Position numbers and translations under genes: made by a program. Under the pieces are notes generated by a model. It did not search any database. It worked only from the letters and a program-made list of their open reading frames with translations, and had not been told where the DNA came from. From NCBI RefSeq assembly GCF_003334355.1, contig NZ_QOWP01000008.1: a stretch of DNA of 64,000 nt, one strand, 5' to 3'. Origin of the DNA: Escherichia coli (lineage in GTDB: Bacteria > Pseudomonadota > Gammaproteobacteria > Enterobacterales > Enterobacteriaceae). Shown here piece by piece: positions 1-10,844 of the stretch (position 1 is its first letter; every line of letters starts with the position of its first letter).

Positions 1-52
1 CGATCTGCTTTCCGCAGGCATGGAACTGCTGAAAGGGAAACTCTTCCGCTAA
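1..52 (+). CDS. yidB: 3' end of upstream gene (partial; probably yidB, DUF937 protein); frame 2 reads ...DLLSAGMELLKGKLFR-stop
   Basis: Open frame entering the window, stop TAA at 50-52; position upstream of yidA matches K-12 synteny (from memory). Confidence 0.4.
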   Translation, partial: DLLSAGMELLKGKLFR

Positions 53-58
53 GCAAAT

Positions 59-90
59 GGGGAGCATGCAACCCGCGTTGCATCCCCTTT
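59..90 (+). terminator. Rho-independent terminator-like hairpin after yidB
   Basis: GC-rich inverted repeat (ggggagcatgcaac / gttgcatcccc) followed by a T-run. Confidence 0.5.
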
Positions 91-165
91 TCCCTCGGGT
101 GTTGTACTGATTTTTGAGCGGAATCGCGTTAGCATGGGTCAGGAACCAATCTACCTGGGGAACTC

Positions 166-978
166 ATGGCTATCAAACTCATTGCTATCGATATGGATGG
201 CACCCTTCTGCTGCCCGATCACACCATTTCACCCGCCGTTAAAAATGCGATTGCCGCAGCTCGCGCCCGTGGCGTGAATGTCGTGCTAACGACGGGTCGC
301 CCGTATGCAGGTGTGCACAACTACCTGAAAGAGCTGCATATGGAACAGCCGGGCGACTACTGCATTACTTATAACGGCGCGCTAGTACAGAAGGCCGCTG
401 ATGGTAGCACCGTGGCGCAAACTGCTCTCAGCTATGACGACTATCGTTTCCTGGAAAAACTCTCTCGCGAAGTCGGTTCTCATTTCCACGCCCTGGACCG
501 CACCACGCTGTACACCGCCAACCGTGATATCAGCTACTACACGGTGCATGAATCCTTCGTTGCCACCATTCCGCTGGTGTTCTGCGAAGCGGAGAAAATG
601 GACCCCAATACCCAGTTCCTGAAAGTGATGATGATTGATGAACCCGCCATCCTCGACCAGGCTATCGCGCGTATTCCGCAGGAAGTGAAAGAGAAATATA
701 CCGTGCTGAAAAGTGCGCCGTACTTCCTCGAAATCCTCGATAAACGCGTTAACAAAGGTACGGGGGTGAAATCACTGGCCGACGTGTTAGGTATTAAACC
801 GGAAGAAATCATGGCGATTGGCGATCAGGAAAACGATATCGCAATGATTGAATATGCAGGCGTCGGTGTGGCGATGGATAACGCTATTCCTTCAGTGAAA
901 GAAGTGGCGAACTTTGTCACCAAATCTAACCTTGAAGATGGCGTGGCGTTTGCTATTGAGAAGTATGTGCTGAATTAA
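166..978 (+). CDS. yidA: HAD-family sugar phosphatase (Cof-type)
   Basis: 270-aa ORF; N-terminal HAD motif IAIDMDGTLL; C-terminal GDQENDI motif; matches K-12 YidA length. Confidence 0.9.
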   Translation: MAIKLIAIDMDGTLLLPDHTISPAVKNAIAAARARGVNVVLTTGRPYAGVHNYLKELHMEQPGDYCITYNGALVQKAADGSTVAQTALSYDDYRFLEKLSREVGSHFHALDRTTLYTANRDISYYTVHESFVATIPLVFCEAEKMDPNTQFLKVMMIDEPAILDQAIARIPQEVKEKYTVLKSAPYFLEILDKRVNKGTGVKSLADVLGIKPEEIMAIGDQENDIAMIEYAGVGVAMDNAIPSVKEVANFVTKSNLEDGVAFAIEKYVLN

Positions 979-986
979 TCTGTGGG

Positions 987-1016
987 CGGGCAAACAGCAT
1001 AAACGCGTTTGCCCGC
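987..1016. terminator. Perfect 10-bp stem-loop between convergent yidA and yidX (putative bidirectional terminator)
   Basis: gcgggcaaac ... gtttgcccgc inverted repeat immediately after the yidA stop; no strong T-run. Confidence 0.45.
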
Positions 1017-1023
1017 TTACTGA

Positions 1024-1680
1024 TTATTGGTTTACTGCATATACAACCAGAAATTGCAGCGGTGCAGTAATGATGTCCAGCGTAACAGTCACTGGCAGTA
1101 ATGCTGCGGAAACACCATCCGGAATGCCTCTGGGTGAATAGTATTCATAAAATCGCACTTTAAATGGATGGTAGAACGCCATCACCTTTGAGTAATCCAT
1201 GTTTTTATTTTTCTCATGGATTGTGCCTTTTAGGTTTTCCAGTGACCTGGTACAGTGTTGAACACCACAGGCAAAACCATAATGCGTTGCCAGTGCCTTT
1301 TCTTCTTCGTTATTCCAGTAGTAGTAAAGCGATATTGTGCCGGTAAATTTCTTTTTCCCCGCATTTAAAACAAATCTTGCGTCATCGGCAACCTGAATAT
1401 TGTGCCGGTTAAGTGCTGGATCATTGAGCATCTTAACGATGTCATCGGCACCATCAGTGATAAGGTAATCCAGCGATTCCCCTACAAAAACATAGCCTTT
1501 TGTTCCATTACTATCTTTTGCCTGCGATAGCCCAGTGATGGTGTCTGACTGCGATTGATACTTTCCTGAACTACCCTTTGCGGTATGGGAAACCAGAGCA
1601 TACGAGATACAGCCTGAAAGCATCAGCGCCAGTGGGAATAAACCGGCAGCCTTAAAAAATCCCTTAAAATTCAACTTCAT
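1024..1680 (-). CDS. yidX: Putative lipoprotein YidX (218 aa)
   Basis: ORF track 1024..1797; start placed at internal ATG (MKLNFKGFF...) giving a signal peptide with lipobox LSGC and a 218-aa product. Confidence 0.75.
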
Positions 1681-1817
1681 GATTAATCCTTTAAACGAGT
1701 AGCTAAGCCGTTGAAAGCATACTCTTCTTTCCCTCCTGTTTAGCGCCTGATATCCCTTTTCAGATTTCTGCCCGACGCATGTCATTTTTTTATGCATTGT
1801 TCTTTTTGTGATCTAAA

Positions 1818-1893
1818 TTGTAGTACAACAATATAAGTTTGTACTACATTACGCACACGGCAAACGCGAACGTCATCACGCTGGTACTACAAA
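1818..1893. promoter_or_regulatory. dgo promoter region with three TGTA-N-TACA-type GntR/FadR-family operator repeats (putative DgoR sites)
   Basis: tgtagtaca (~1820-1828), tgtactaca (~1840-1848), ggtactaca (~1883-1891) upstream of dgoR. Confidence 0.6.
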
Positions 1894-1957
1894 GTTGCCG
1901 CGTTATGCATCGATCGGGGTAAAGTAGAGAAGAACATACAGAGCACAAGGACTCTCC

Positions 1958-2647
1958 ATGACTCTCAATAAAACCGATCGCATTGTCATTACGCTGGGTA
2001 AACAGATCGTTCACGGCAAATACGTACCTGGCTCGCCACTTCCGGCTGAGGCGGAGCTCTGTGAAGAGTTTGCAACCTCGCGCAACATCATCCGTGAGGT
2101 GTTCCGTTCGTTGATGGCGAAACGGCTGATTGAAATGAAACGTTATCGCGGCGCGTTTGTGGCACCGCGTAACCAGTGGAATTACCTCGACACTGACGTA
2201 CTGCAATGGGTGCTGGAAAACGACTACGACCCACGGCTTATCAGTGCCATGAGCGAAGTGCGAAATCTGGTGGAACCGGCGATTGCCCGTTGGGCAGCAG
2301 AGCGCGCGACCTCCAGCGATCTGGCGCAGATTGAATCGGCGCTGAACGAGATGATTGCCAACAATCAGGACCGCGAAGCGTTTAACGAAGCGGATATTCG
2401 CTACCACGAGGCGGTGCTGCAGTCGGTGCATAACCCGGTGTTACAGCAACTTAGCATTGCGATCAGTTCGCTGCAGCGGGCGGTTTTTGAACGAACCTGG
2501 ATGGGCGATGAGGCCAACATGCCGCAAACGCTCCAGGAACATAAGGCGCTGTTCGATGCGATACGGCATCAGGACGGCGATGCGGCAGAGCAGGCGGCGC
2601 TTACCATGATCGCCAGCTCGACACGAAGGTTAAAGGAAATCACATGA
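1958..2647 (+). CDS. dgoR: GntR/FadR-family repressor of the D-galactonate operon
   Basis: 229-aa ORF; N-terminal winged HTH and FCD-like C-terminal domain; first gene of the dgo cluster. Confidence 0.9.
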   Translation: MTLNKTDRIVITLGKQIVHGKYVPGSPLPAEAELCEEFATSRNIIREVFRSLMAKRLIEMKRYRGAFVAPRNQWNYLDTDVLQWVLENDYDPRLISAMSEVRNLVEPAIARWAAERATSSDLAQIESALNEMIANNQDREAFNEADIRYHEAVLQSVHNPVLQQLSIAISSLQRAVFERTWMGDEANMPQTLQEHKALFDAIRHQDGDAAEQAALTMIASSTRRLKEIT

Positions 2648-3522
2648 CAGCTCGCTACATCGCAATTGACTGGGGATCGACCAATCTGCGCGCCTGGCTT
2701 TATCAGGGCGACCACTGCCTGGAGAGCAGGCAATCAGAAGCAGGCGTCACGCGCCTGAACGGAAAATCTCCGGCTGCGGTGTTAGCAGAAGTCACGACCG
2801 ACTGGCGTGAAGAAAATACGCCAGTGGTGATGGCAGGAATGGTCGGCAGCAATGTCGGCTGGAAAGTTGCTCCGTATTTATCTGTTCCTGCCCGTTTTTC
2901 GTCTATTGGCGAACAATTAACGTCTGTTGGCGACAATATCTGGATTATTCCCGGATTATGCGTCTCTCATGACGATAACCACAATGTGATGCGCGGCGAA
3001 GAAACACAATTGATCGGCGCGCGAGCTCTGGCTCCTTCCTCTCTTTATGTTATGCCCGGTACGCATTGCAAATGGGTGCAGGCCGATAGCCAGCAAATCA
3101 ACGATTTTCGCACCGTGATGACCGGTGAATTACATCATTTACTGTTAAATCACTCATTGATTGGCGCAGGTTTGCCGCCGCAGGAAAACTCTGCCGATGC
3201 CTTCGCGGCTGGCCTTGAGCGCGGCCTTAATGCGCCCGCCATATTGCCGCAGCTTTTTGAAGTTCGCGCCTCGCATGTGCTGGGAACACTTCCCCGCGAA
3301 CAGGTCAGCGAATTTCTCTCTGGTTTGTTGATTGGCGCAGAGGTTGCCAGTATGCGCGACTATGTGACCCATCAACACGCCATCACCCTTGTCGCCGGAA
3401 CATCGCTGACCGCGCGCTACCAGCAAGCCTTTCAGGCGATGGGTTGCGACGTGACGGCGGTGGCGGGCGACACGGCATTTCAGGCTGGTATAAGGAGCAT
3501 CGCACATGCAGTGGCAAACTAA
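2644..3522 (+). CDS. dgoK: 2-dehydro-3-deoxygalactonokinase
   Basis: 292-aa ORF; N-terminal IAIDWGSTNLRAW kinase motif; 4-nt overlap with dgoR stop. Confidence 0.9.
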   Translation: MTARYIAIDWGSTNLRAWLYQGDHCLESRQSEAGVTRLNGKSPAAVLAEVTTDWREENTPVVMAGMVGSNVGWKVAPYLSVPARFSSIGEQLTSVGDNIWIIPGLCVSHDDNHNVMRGEETQLIGARALAPSSLYVMPGTHCKWVQADSQQINDFRTVMTGELHHLLLNHSLIGAGLPPQENSADAFAAGLERGLNAPAILPQLFEVRASHVLGTLPREQVSEFLSGLLIGAEVASMRDYVTHQHAITLVAGTSLTARYQQAFQAMGCDVTAVAGDTAFQAGIRSIAHAVAN

Positions 3523-4123
3523 ACTCCCGCTGATCGCCATTTTGCGCGGCATTAAGCCCGACGAGGCGCTGGCGCATGTTGGCGCGGTGATTGACGCCGG
3601 GTTCGACGCGGTTGAAATCCCGCTGAATTCCCCACAATGGGAGCAAAGCATTCCCGCCATCGTTGATGCGTATGGCGACAAGGCGTTGATTGGCGCAGGT
3701 ACGGTACTGAAACCTGAACAGGTCGATGCGCTCGCCAGGATGGGCTGTCAGCTCATCGTTACGCCCAATATCCATAGTGAAGTGATCCGCCGTGCGGTGG
3801 GCTACGGCATGACCGTCTGCCCCGGCTGCGCGACGGCGACCGAAGCCTTTACCGCGCTCGAAGCGGGCGCGCAGGCGCTGAAAATATTTCCGTCATCGGC
3901 TTTTGGTCCGCAATACATCAAAGCGTTAAAAGCGGTATTGCCATCGGACATCGCAGTCTTTGCCGTTGGCGGCGTGACGCCAGAAAACCTGGCGCAGTGG
4001 ATAGACGCAGGTTGTGCTGGGGCGGGCTTAGGCAGCGATCTCTATCGCGCCGGGCAGTCCGTAGAACGCACCGCGCAGCAGGCAGCAGCATTTGTTAAGG
4101 CGTATCGAGAGGCAGTGCAATGA
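3506..4123 (+). CDS. dgoA: 2-dehydro-3-deoxy-6-phosphogalactonate aldolase
   Basis: 205-aa ORF overlapping the dgoK 3' end by 17 nt; KDPG-aldolase family. Confidence 0.9.
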
Positions 4124-5268
4124 AAATCACCAAAATTACCACGTATCGTTTACCTCCCCGCTGGATGTTCCTGAAAATTGAAACCGATGAAGGCGTGGTC
4201 GGTTGGGGCGAGCCCGTGATCGAAGGCCGCGCCCGTACGGTGGAAGCGGCAGTTCACGAGCTGGGTGACTATTTGATTGGTCAGGATCCATCGCGCATCA
4301 ATGACTTATGGCAAGTGATGTATCGCGCCGGATTCTATCGCGGCGGTCCGATCCTGATGAGCGCCATCGCCGGGATTGACCAGGCGTTATGGGATATCAA
4401 AGGTAAAGTGCTGAATGCGCCGGTCTGGCAACTGATGGGCGGCCTGGTTCGCGACAAAATTAAAGCCTACAGTTGGGTTGGCGGCGATCGTCCGGCGGAT
4501 GTTATCGACGGCATTAAAACGCTACGCGAAATCGGCTTCGATACCTTCAAACTGAACGGTTGTGAAGAACTGGGGCTAATTGATAACTCCCGCGCGGTAG
4601 ATGCGGCGGTTAACACCGTGGCACAAATTCGTGAAGCTTTTGGCAATCAGATTGAGTTTGGTCTTGATTTCCACGGTCGCGTCAGCGCGCCGATGGCGAA
4701 AGTGCTGATTAAAGAACTGGAGCCGTATCGCCCGCTGTTTATTGAGGAGCCGGTGCTGGCGGAACAAGCCGAATACTACCCGAAACTGGCGGCACAAACG
4801 CATATTCCACTGGCGGCGGGTGAACGCATGTTCTCACGCTTCGATTTTAAACGCGTGCTGGAGGCAGGCGGTATTTCGATTCTGCAACCGGATCTCTCCC
4901 ACGCGGGCGGTATTACCGAATGCTACAAAATCGCCGGAATGGCAGAAGCCTATGACGTGACCCTTGCGCCGCACTGTCCGCTCGGACCGATTGCACTGGC
5001 GGCTTGCCTGCATATCGACTTTGTTTCCTATAACGCCGTACTTCAGGAACAAAGTATGGGAATTCATTACAACAAAGGCGCGGAGTTACTCGACTTTGTG
5101 AAAAACAAAGAAGACTTCAGCATGGTCGGCGGCTTCTTTAAACCGTTAACGAAACCGGGCTTAGGCGTGGAAATCGACGAAGCTAAAGTGATTGAGTTCA
5201 GTAAAAATGCCCCGGACTGGCGTAATCCGCTCTGGCGTCATGAAGATAACAGCGTAGCAGAGTGGTAA
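4120..5268 (+). CDS. dgoD: D-galactonate dehydratase (enolase superfamily)
   Basis: 382-aa ORF; 4-nt overlap with dgoA. Confidence 0.9.
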
Positions 5269-5387
5269 TTCCTGCCACGTAAGCCCCTCATCGGGCACTA
5301 AAACAGCAATACAAAAATATAACCCTCTGTAAATTACAGGGCATGGTGAGCGGCTTCGCTATGCCCAAAATCTGGAGAAAGCTCGCT

Positions 5388-6680
5388 ATGGATATTCCCG
5401 TTAATGCAGCAAAGCCGGGGCGTCGGCGTTATCTGACGCTGGTGATGATCTTTATTACGGTAGTCATTTGTTATGTCGACCGCGCCAACCTGGCCGTGGC
5501 TTCCGCCCATATTCAGGAAGAGTTCGGTATTACCAAAGCGCAAATGGGCTATGTATTTTCGGTCTTCGCCTGGCTTTATACGCTATGTCAGATCCCCGGC
5601 GGTTGGTTTTTAGATCGCGTAGGTTCTCGCGTGACTTATTTTATTGCGATATTTGGCTGGTCAGTGGCGACTTTATTCCAGGGCTTTGCCTCGGGATTAA
5701 TGTCATTAATTGGTCTGCGCGCGATAACCGGTATTTTCGAAGCGCCCGCTTTCCCGACCAATAACCGGATGGTGACCAGCTGGTTCCCGGAACATGAACG
5801 CGCTTCTGCCGTTGGTTTTTATACGTCTGGTCAGTTTGTCGGTCTGGCGTTTCTGACTCCGCTGCTGATCTGGATTCAGGAGATGTTGAGCTGGCACTGG
5901 GTGTTCATTGTCACTGGTGGTATCGGCATTATCTGGTCGCTGATTTGGTTTAAGGTTTATCAGCCGCCGCGCCTGACCAAAGGTATCAGCAAAGCTGAAC
6001 TGGATTACATTCGTGATGGCGGCGGTCTGGTGGATGGTGATGCGCCGGTGAAGAAAGAGGCGCGTCAGCCGTTAACAGCCAAAGACTGGAAACTGGTGTT
6101 CCATCGGAAACTGATCGGCGTCTATCTTGGGCAATTTGCGGTGGCTTCTACACTGTGGTTTTTCTTAACCTGGTTCCCGAACTATTTAACCCAGGAAAAA
6201 GGAATCACGGCGCTGAAAGCAGGCTTTATGACCACGGTGCCATTCCTCGCGGCGTTTGTCGGCGTCCTGCTCTCTGGCTGGGTCGCGGATCTGCTGGTAC
6301 GTAAGGGCTTTTCACTGGGCTTTGCGCGTAAAACGCCGATTATCTGCGGCTTGCTGATCTCCACCTGCATTATGGGCGCTAACTACACTAACGATCCGAT
6401 GATGATTATGTGCCTGATGGCGCTGGCATTCTTCGGCAACGGTTTTGCTTCGATTACCTGGTCGCTGGTCTCTTCTCTGGCACCGATGCGCCTGATTGGT
6501 TTAACCGGTGGCGTGTTTAACTTCGCCGGTGGTCTGGGCGGCATCACCGTTCCGCTGGTGGTGGGGTACCTGGCGCAGGGTTACGGTTTCGCACCTGCAC
6601 TGGTTTATATCTCCGCCGTCGCGTTGATTGGCGCGCTCTCTTACATCCTGCTGGTGGGCGATGTGAAGCGCGTTGGCTAA
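5388..6680 (+). CDS. dgoT: D-galactonate:H+ symporter (MFS)
   Basis: ORF track 5343..6680; start placed at [15 protein letters not shown] giving 430 aa; 12-TM MFS profile. Confidence 0.85.
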   Translation: MDIPVNAAKPGRRRYLTLVMIFITVVICYVDRANLAVASAHIQEEFGITKAQMGYVFSVFAWLYTLCQIPGGWFLDRVGSRVTYFIAIFGWSVATLFQGFASGLMSLIGLRAITGIFEAPAFPTNNRMVTSWFPEHERASAVGFYTSGQFVGLAFLTPLLIWIQEMLSWHWVFIVTGGIGIIWSLIWFKVYQPPRLTKGISKAELDYIRDGGGLVDGDAPVKKEARQPLTAKDWKLVFHRKLIGVYLGQFAVASTLWFFLTWFPNYLTQEKGITALKAGFMTTVPFLAAFVGVLLSGWVADLLVRKGFSLGFARKTPIICGLLISTCIMGANYTNDPMMIMCLMALAFFGNGFASITWSLVSSLAPMRLIGLTGGVFNFAGGLGGITVPLVVGYLAQGYGFAPALVYISAVALIGALSYILLVGDVKRVG

Positions 6681-7741
6681 TCTTTCAACTGTGGAATATG
6701 CGCCACACCACTGCGCATAATCCACTTTCTTAAAGCCGGTGCGGTCAGGCATCGGCTTTTTACTATCTTGCCGAAGAGTTTTAAACGCAGTTTGCGGGTG
6801 GCGCGCCAGTAAGCGGTATTGAGCTTCTCTGGCTGCTTCAGTAACACCGAACGCAGAATGTCTGCGCTATCCAGCGCATAGCTAATCCCCTCCAGCGAAC
6901 TGGCGCTGATAAATCCTGCCGCTTCGCCAATCAGAAAGGCGTTGTCCTTACCGCAGACAAAATCCTGCCAGCGTGAGGGAAACAGCACCGTGCATTTTTC
7001 GCTTTTCACCGCCTTACCAAACTGGAACTGAAAGGCGCTCATTTTCTCTTTCAGCGTCGTGAAACGCGTCTGACCGTCTTTCATTGGATAAGCACCGCCA
7101 AAGATAAAATAACCGTCTTTGCTGATACTCCATGAATAACAGTTAGTTATCGAATTATCAAAGATGCAGGAGTAGAACGGCACCGGATGTTTCTCTGCGA
7201 ACCACTGCTGGATAGCGACATATTTACGGATTTGATGATCCGGGTAGAGATGTCGCCGCACCATCGAGTTTGCGCCATCGGCACCGACCAGATAGCGGGC
7301 AGTAATATGTTGCTCCCAGCCGTCTGCACGAAAAATGACATGCCATTTATCATCCTCACGCCAGATTTTTCGACACAGGCTGTCGTGATAAACCTCAACG
7401 CTGGCGGGGATCAGCGATTTCATCCACAAGTCGAAAGCATGGCGATTAATATTGATATAGCTTCGCTGGTAGTTACGCGTGAGCGATGCGGCGACGTCGA
7501 CGGTTTTGACGCTGAAAATCTGCGGATTAGCGATCACATCGACAGGAAGCGTCAGCCCATCGCGAATAAAAGATAGCTGCGCGTCCGGTGCCAGCAGACC
7601 GCCGCAGGGTTTGCTGAAACCTTCAGTACCACACTGGTGCTTTTTATCCAGCGCGATCACCTGCATTTTGCCTGCTAACTTTCGTGCCAACGCCGATCCT
7701 GCCGGGCCGAGGCCAATAATCGCCACGTCGAAATGTTCCAT
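6677..7741 (-). CDS. cbrA: FAD-dependent oxidoreductase CbrA (colicin E2 tolerance)
   Basis: ORF 6677..7762; start at [19 protein letters not shown] (GxGxxG FAD motif) gives 354 aa; stop overlaps dgoT stop (convergent). Confidence 0.85.
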   Translation of the reverse strand: MEHFDVAIIGLGPAGSALARKLAGKMQVIALDKKHQCGTEGFSKPCGGLLAPDAQLSFIRDGLTLPVDVIANPQIFSVKTVDVAASLTRNYQRSYININRHAFDLWMKSLIPASVEVYHDSLCRKIWREDDKWHVIFRADGWEQHITARYLVGADGANSMVRRHLYPDHQIRKYVAIQQWFAEKHPVPFYSCIFDNSITNCYSWSISKDGYFIFGGAYPMKDGQTRFTTLKEKMSAFQFQFGKAVKSEKCTVLFPSRWQDFVCGKDNAFLIGEAAGFISASSLEGISYALDSADILRSVLLKQPEKLNTAYWRATRKLRLKLFGKIVKSRCLTAPALRKWIMRSGVAHIPQLKD

Positions 7742-7805
7742 CTTTTCACTCACATTCATCACGATGGCAAAAGACTATTGTCTGAAAGTGAAGTCCTTGT
7801 GAAGT

Positions 7806-9056
7806 ATGATGGCGGGAACCGTTTTGTATCAGGACCACGCCATGAAACAGATAACCTTTGCTCCCCGTAATCACCTGCTCACCAATACCAATACCTGGAC
7901 GCCCGACAGCCAGTGGCTGGTATTTGACGTGCGTCCTTCTGGGGCGTCGTTTACCGGCGAGACCATTGAGCGTGTGAATATCCATACCGGCGAGGTCGAG
8001 GTTATCTATCGCGCGTCACAGGGCGCACATGTCGGCGTGGTGACCGTTCATCCGAAGTCAGATAAATATGTCTTTATTCACGGCCCTGAAAATCCTGATG
8101 AAACATGGCATTACGATTTCCATCATCGACGCGGAGTCATTGCTAAAGGCGGCAAGGTGAGCAATCTCGATGCAATGGATATTACTGCACCGTACACCCC
8201 AGGAGCGCTGCGCGGCGGCAGCCATGTACATGTCTTTAGCCCGGACGGTGAAAGGGTGAGCTTTACCTATAACGACCATGTAATGCATCAGCTCGATTCG
8301 GCGCTGGATTTGCGAAACGTCGGTGTTGCCGCACCGTTTGGTCCGGTGAATGTACAAAAGCAGCATCCGCGTGAATACAGCGGGAGCCACTGGTGTGTGC
8401 TGGTGAGCAAAACCACGCCCACGCCGCAGCCGGGCAGCGATGAAATCAATCGTGCTTATGAAGAAGGATGGGTAGGAAATCACGCGCTGGCGTTTATTGG
8501 CGACACACTTTCGCCAAAGGGCGAGAAAGTGCCGGAGCTGTTTATCGTTGAGTTACCGCAAGATGAAGCTGGCTGGAAAGCAGCAGGTGATGCGCCGTTA
8601 AGTGGAACGGAAACAACCCTGCCCGCGCCACCGCGTGGCGTCGTGCAGCGACGTTTAACCTTTACCCACCATCGGGCTTATCCGGGGTTAGTCAACGTCC
8701 CGCGCCACTGGGTGCGCTGTAATCCGCAGGGTACACAAATCGCGTTTTTAATGCGAGATGATAACGGCATTGTGCAACTGTGGCTTATCTCGCCACAGGG
8801 CGGCGAGCCGCGCCAGTTAACCCATAACAAAACGGATATTCAGTCTGCATTTAACTGGCATCCATCAGGAGAATGGTTGGGCTTTGTGCTGGATAATCGA
8901 ATTGCTTGTGCCCATGCGCAAAGCGGCGAGGTTGAGTATTTAACCGAAAACCACGCCAATCCACCTTCTGCGGACGCCGTGGTCTTCTCGCCGGATGGTC
9001 AATGGCTGGCGTGGATGGAAGGCGGCCAGCTGTGGATCACCGAAACTGATCGCTAA
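7806..9056 (+). CDS. yidR: YidR, beta-propeller (DUF3748) protein; start codon uncertain (ATG 7806/7809 or MKQ at 7842)
   Basis: 416-aa ORF; synteny between cbrA and yidQ. Confidence 0.8.
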   Translation: MMAGTVLYQDHAMKQITFAPRNHLLTNTNTWTPDSQWLVFDVRPSGASFTGETIERVNIHTGEVEVIYRASQGAHVGVVTVHPKSDKYVFIHGPENPDETWHYDFHHRRGVIAKGGKVSNLDAMDITAPYTPGALRGGSHVHVFSPDGERVSFTYNDHVMHQLDSALDLRNVGVAAPFGPVNVQKQHPREYSGSHWCVLVSKTTPTPQPGSDEINRAYEEGWVGNHALAFIGDTLSPKGEKVPELFIVELPQDEAGWKAAGDAPLSGTETTLPAPPRGVVQRRLTFTHHRAYPGLVNVPRHWVRCNPQGTQIAFLMRDDNGIVQLWLISPQGGEPRQLTHNKTDIQSAFNWHPSGEWLGFVLDNRIACAHAQSGEVEYLTENHANPPSADAVVFSPDGQWLAWMEGGQLWITETDR

Positions 9057-9057
9057 A

Positions 9058-9390
9058 TCAGTTATCAGGCATTCTGGCCGGTGGAATAACCGCATTGGTG
9101 GCTTGCGCGTTGGCTTCGCTTTTTTCAACGCGTGAGCGCACCGAGCTGTCTTTGCGGAACACATCCCACGGTAATAAAAGCGTGTCCATCACAGCGGTAA
9201 ACGGCATATCGAGAATCGCCAGCGACTTAGTGCCCCAGTTGGTTTCATCATCGCCAATCATGGTGGCGCTGGCGCGGGTGCCGGGATACGTTCCTTCTTT
9301 CCCTCCGGTATGGGACATCACGCTGGAGCATCCTCCGAGTAATGCCATTCCACTGCATATCATGAACGCTAACAACACATTTCTTATCAT
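9058..9390 (-). CDS. yidQ: Outer-membrane lipoprotein YidQ (DUF1375), 110 aa
   Basis: ORF 9058..9492; start placed at MIRNVLLAFMICSGMALLGGCSS (lipobox LGGC). Confidence 0.75.
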   Translation of the reverse strand: MIRNVLLAFMICSGMALLGGCSSVMSHTGGKEGTYPGTRASATMIGDDETNWGTKSLAILDMPFTAVMDTLLLPWDVFRKDSSVRSRVEKSEANAQATNAVIPPARMPDN

Positions 9391-9564
9391 AATAAATTCA
9401 TCTGTTGATCGTGGGTGTTGGCCTGATGAGTTATAGCGATCCCTTGCTGAAAATAACATCATCATTACGTCGCTCTGTGGCGGCAATCGCACTTTAACGT
9501 TTCGTGCTGCCCCCTCAGTCTATGCAATAGACCATAAACTGCAAAAAAAAGTCCGCTGATAAGG

Positions 9565-9594
9565 CTTGAAAAGTTCATTTTCAGACCCATTTTT
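9565..9594 (+). promoter_or_regulatory. sigma32 heat-shock promoter of ibpAB
   Basis: -35 cTTGAAA (~9565-9571) and -10 CCCATtTTT (~9586-9594) with 13-14 bp spacing. Confidence 0.65.
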
Positions 9595-9599
9595 ACATC

Positions 9600-9695
9600 G
9601 TAGCCGATGAGGACGCGCCTGATGGGTGTTCTGGCTACCTGACCTGTCCATTGTGGAAGGTCTTACATTCTCGCTGATTTCAGGAGCTATTGATT
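9600..9695 (+). promoter_or_regulatory. ibpA 5' UTR (RNA-thermometer region masking the SD AGGAG at ~9682-9686)
   Basis: About 95-nt leader between the sigma32 promoter and the ibpA ATG; established ROSE-like thermosensor in ibpA. Confidence 0.45.
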
Positions 9696-10109
9696 ATGCG
9701 TAACTTTGATTTATCCCCGCTTTACCGTTCTGCTATTGGATTTGACCGTTTGTTTAACCACTTAGAAAACAACCAGAGCCAGAGTAATGGCGGCTACCCT
9801 CCGTATAACGTTGAACTGGTAGACGAAAACCATTACCGCATTGCTATCGCTGTGGCTGGTTTTGCTGAGAGCGAACTGGAAATTACCGCCCAGGATAATC
9901 TGCTGGTGGTGAAAGGTGCTCACGCCGACGAACAAAAAGAGCGCACCTATCTGTACCAGGGCATCGCTGAACGCAACTTTGAACGCAAATTCCAGTTAGC
10001 TGAGAACATTCATGTTCGTGGCGCTAACCTGGTAAATGGTTTGCTGTATATCGATCTCGAACGCGTGATTCCGGAAGCGAAAAAACCGCGCCGTATCGAA
10101 ATCAACTAA
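9696..10109 (+). CDS. ibpA: Small heat-shock protein IbpA (alpha-crystallin family)
   Basis: 137-aa product [20 protein letters not shown]...; ORF track starts 6 nt upstream at a TTG. Confidence 0.95.
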
Positions 10110-10220
10110 TTCCCTAAGGCCGCCTGGCGCGGCCTGACATCTCCATGCTCGCCGTCAGGGAGCATATGCGAATCTTCAGATTTGCAGGTACTTACTCGCT
10201 TCTTAGAAGGAGAAATGACT

Positions 10221-10649
10221 ATGCGTAACTTCGATTTATCCCCACTGATGCGTCAATGGATCGGTTTTGACAAACTGGCCAACGCACTGCAAAACGCCGG
10301 TGAAAGTCAGAGCTTCCCGCCGTACAACATTGAGAAAAGCGACGATAACCACTACCGCATTACCCTTGCGCTGGCAGGTTTCCGTCAGGAAGATTTAGAG
10401 ATTCAACTGGAAGGTACGCGCCTGAGCGTAAAAGGCACGCCGGAGCAGCCAAAAGAAGAGAAAAAATGGCTGCATCAAGGGCTTATGAATCAGCCATTTA
10501 GCCTGAGCTTTACGCTGGCTGAAAATATGGAAGTCTCTGGCGCAACCTTCGTAAACGGTTTACTGCATATTGATTTAATTCGTAATGAGCCTGAACCCAT
10601 CGCAGCGCAGCGTATCGCTATCAGCGAACGTCCCGCGTTAAATAGCTAA
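10221..10649 (+). CDS. ibpB: Small heat-shock protein IbpB
   Basis: 142-aa product [19 protein letters not shown]...; paralog of IbpA immediately downstream. Confidence 0.95.
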
Positions 10650-10664
10650 CTAGCTATTCTCTTT

Positions 10665-10692
10665 GCCCCGCCATTCTGGTGGGGCTTTTTTT
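10665..10692 (+). terminator. ibpAB Rho-independent terminator
   Basis: gccccgcc...ggtggggc hairpin followed by T7. Confidence 0.7.
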
Positions 10693-10844
10693 GTCTTTCT
10701 TCTTCAACAATGCGTTAAATTTCGCCTGTTTAAGATATTTCGGCACGTTCTTTCCCGTGATAATGTGCGCTATAAGGCAAATCTGCTTCACCGATTCAGC
10801 CATAATCCGTAGCAATTAAAATGTTATCTCAAGAGAAATGGACG

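Noticed and set aside
1681-1797. N-terminal 39-codon extension of yidX in the ORF track ([10 protein letters not shown]...)
   Set aside because: The internal ATG at 1680 gives a canonical lipoprotein signal peptide and the expected 218-aa product; the extension is probably untranslated leader.
7187-7576. Multiple 100-170-aa ORFs antisense to annotated genes (for example 7187..7576, 8058..8483, 14185..14673, 25864..26373, 27491..27943, 32042..32476, 49665..50168)
   Set aside because: Each lies wholly inside a well-supported gene on the opposite strand and has low-complexity composition; treated as shadow ORFs.
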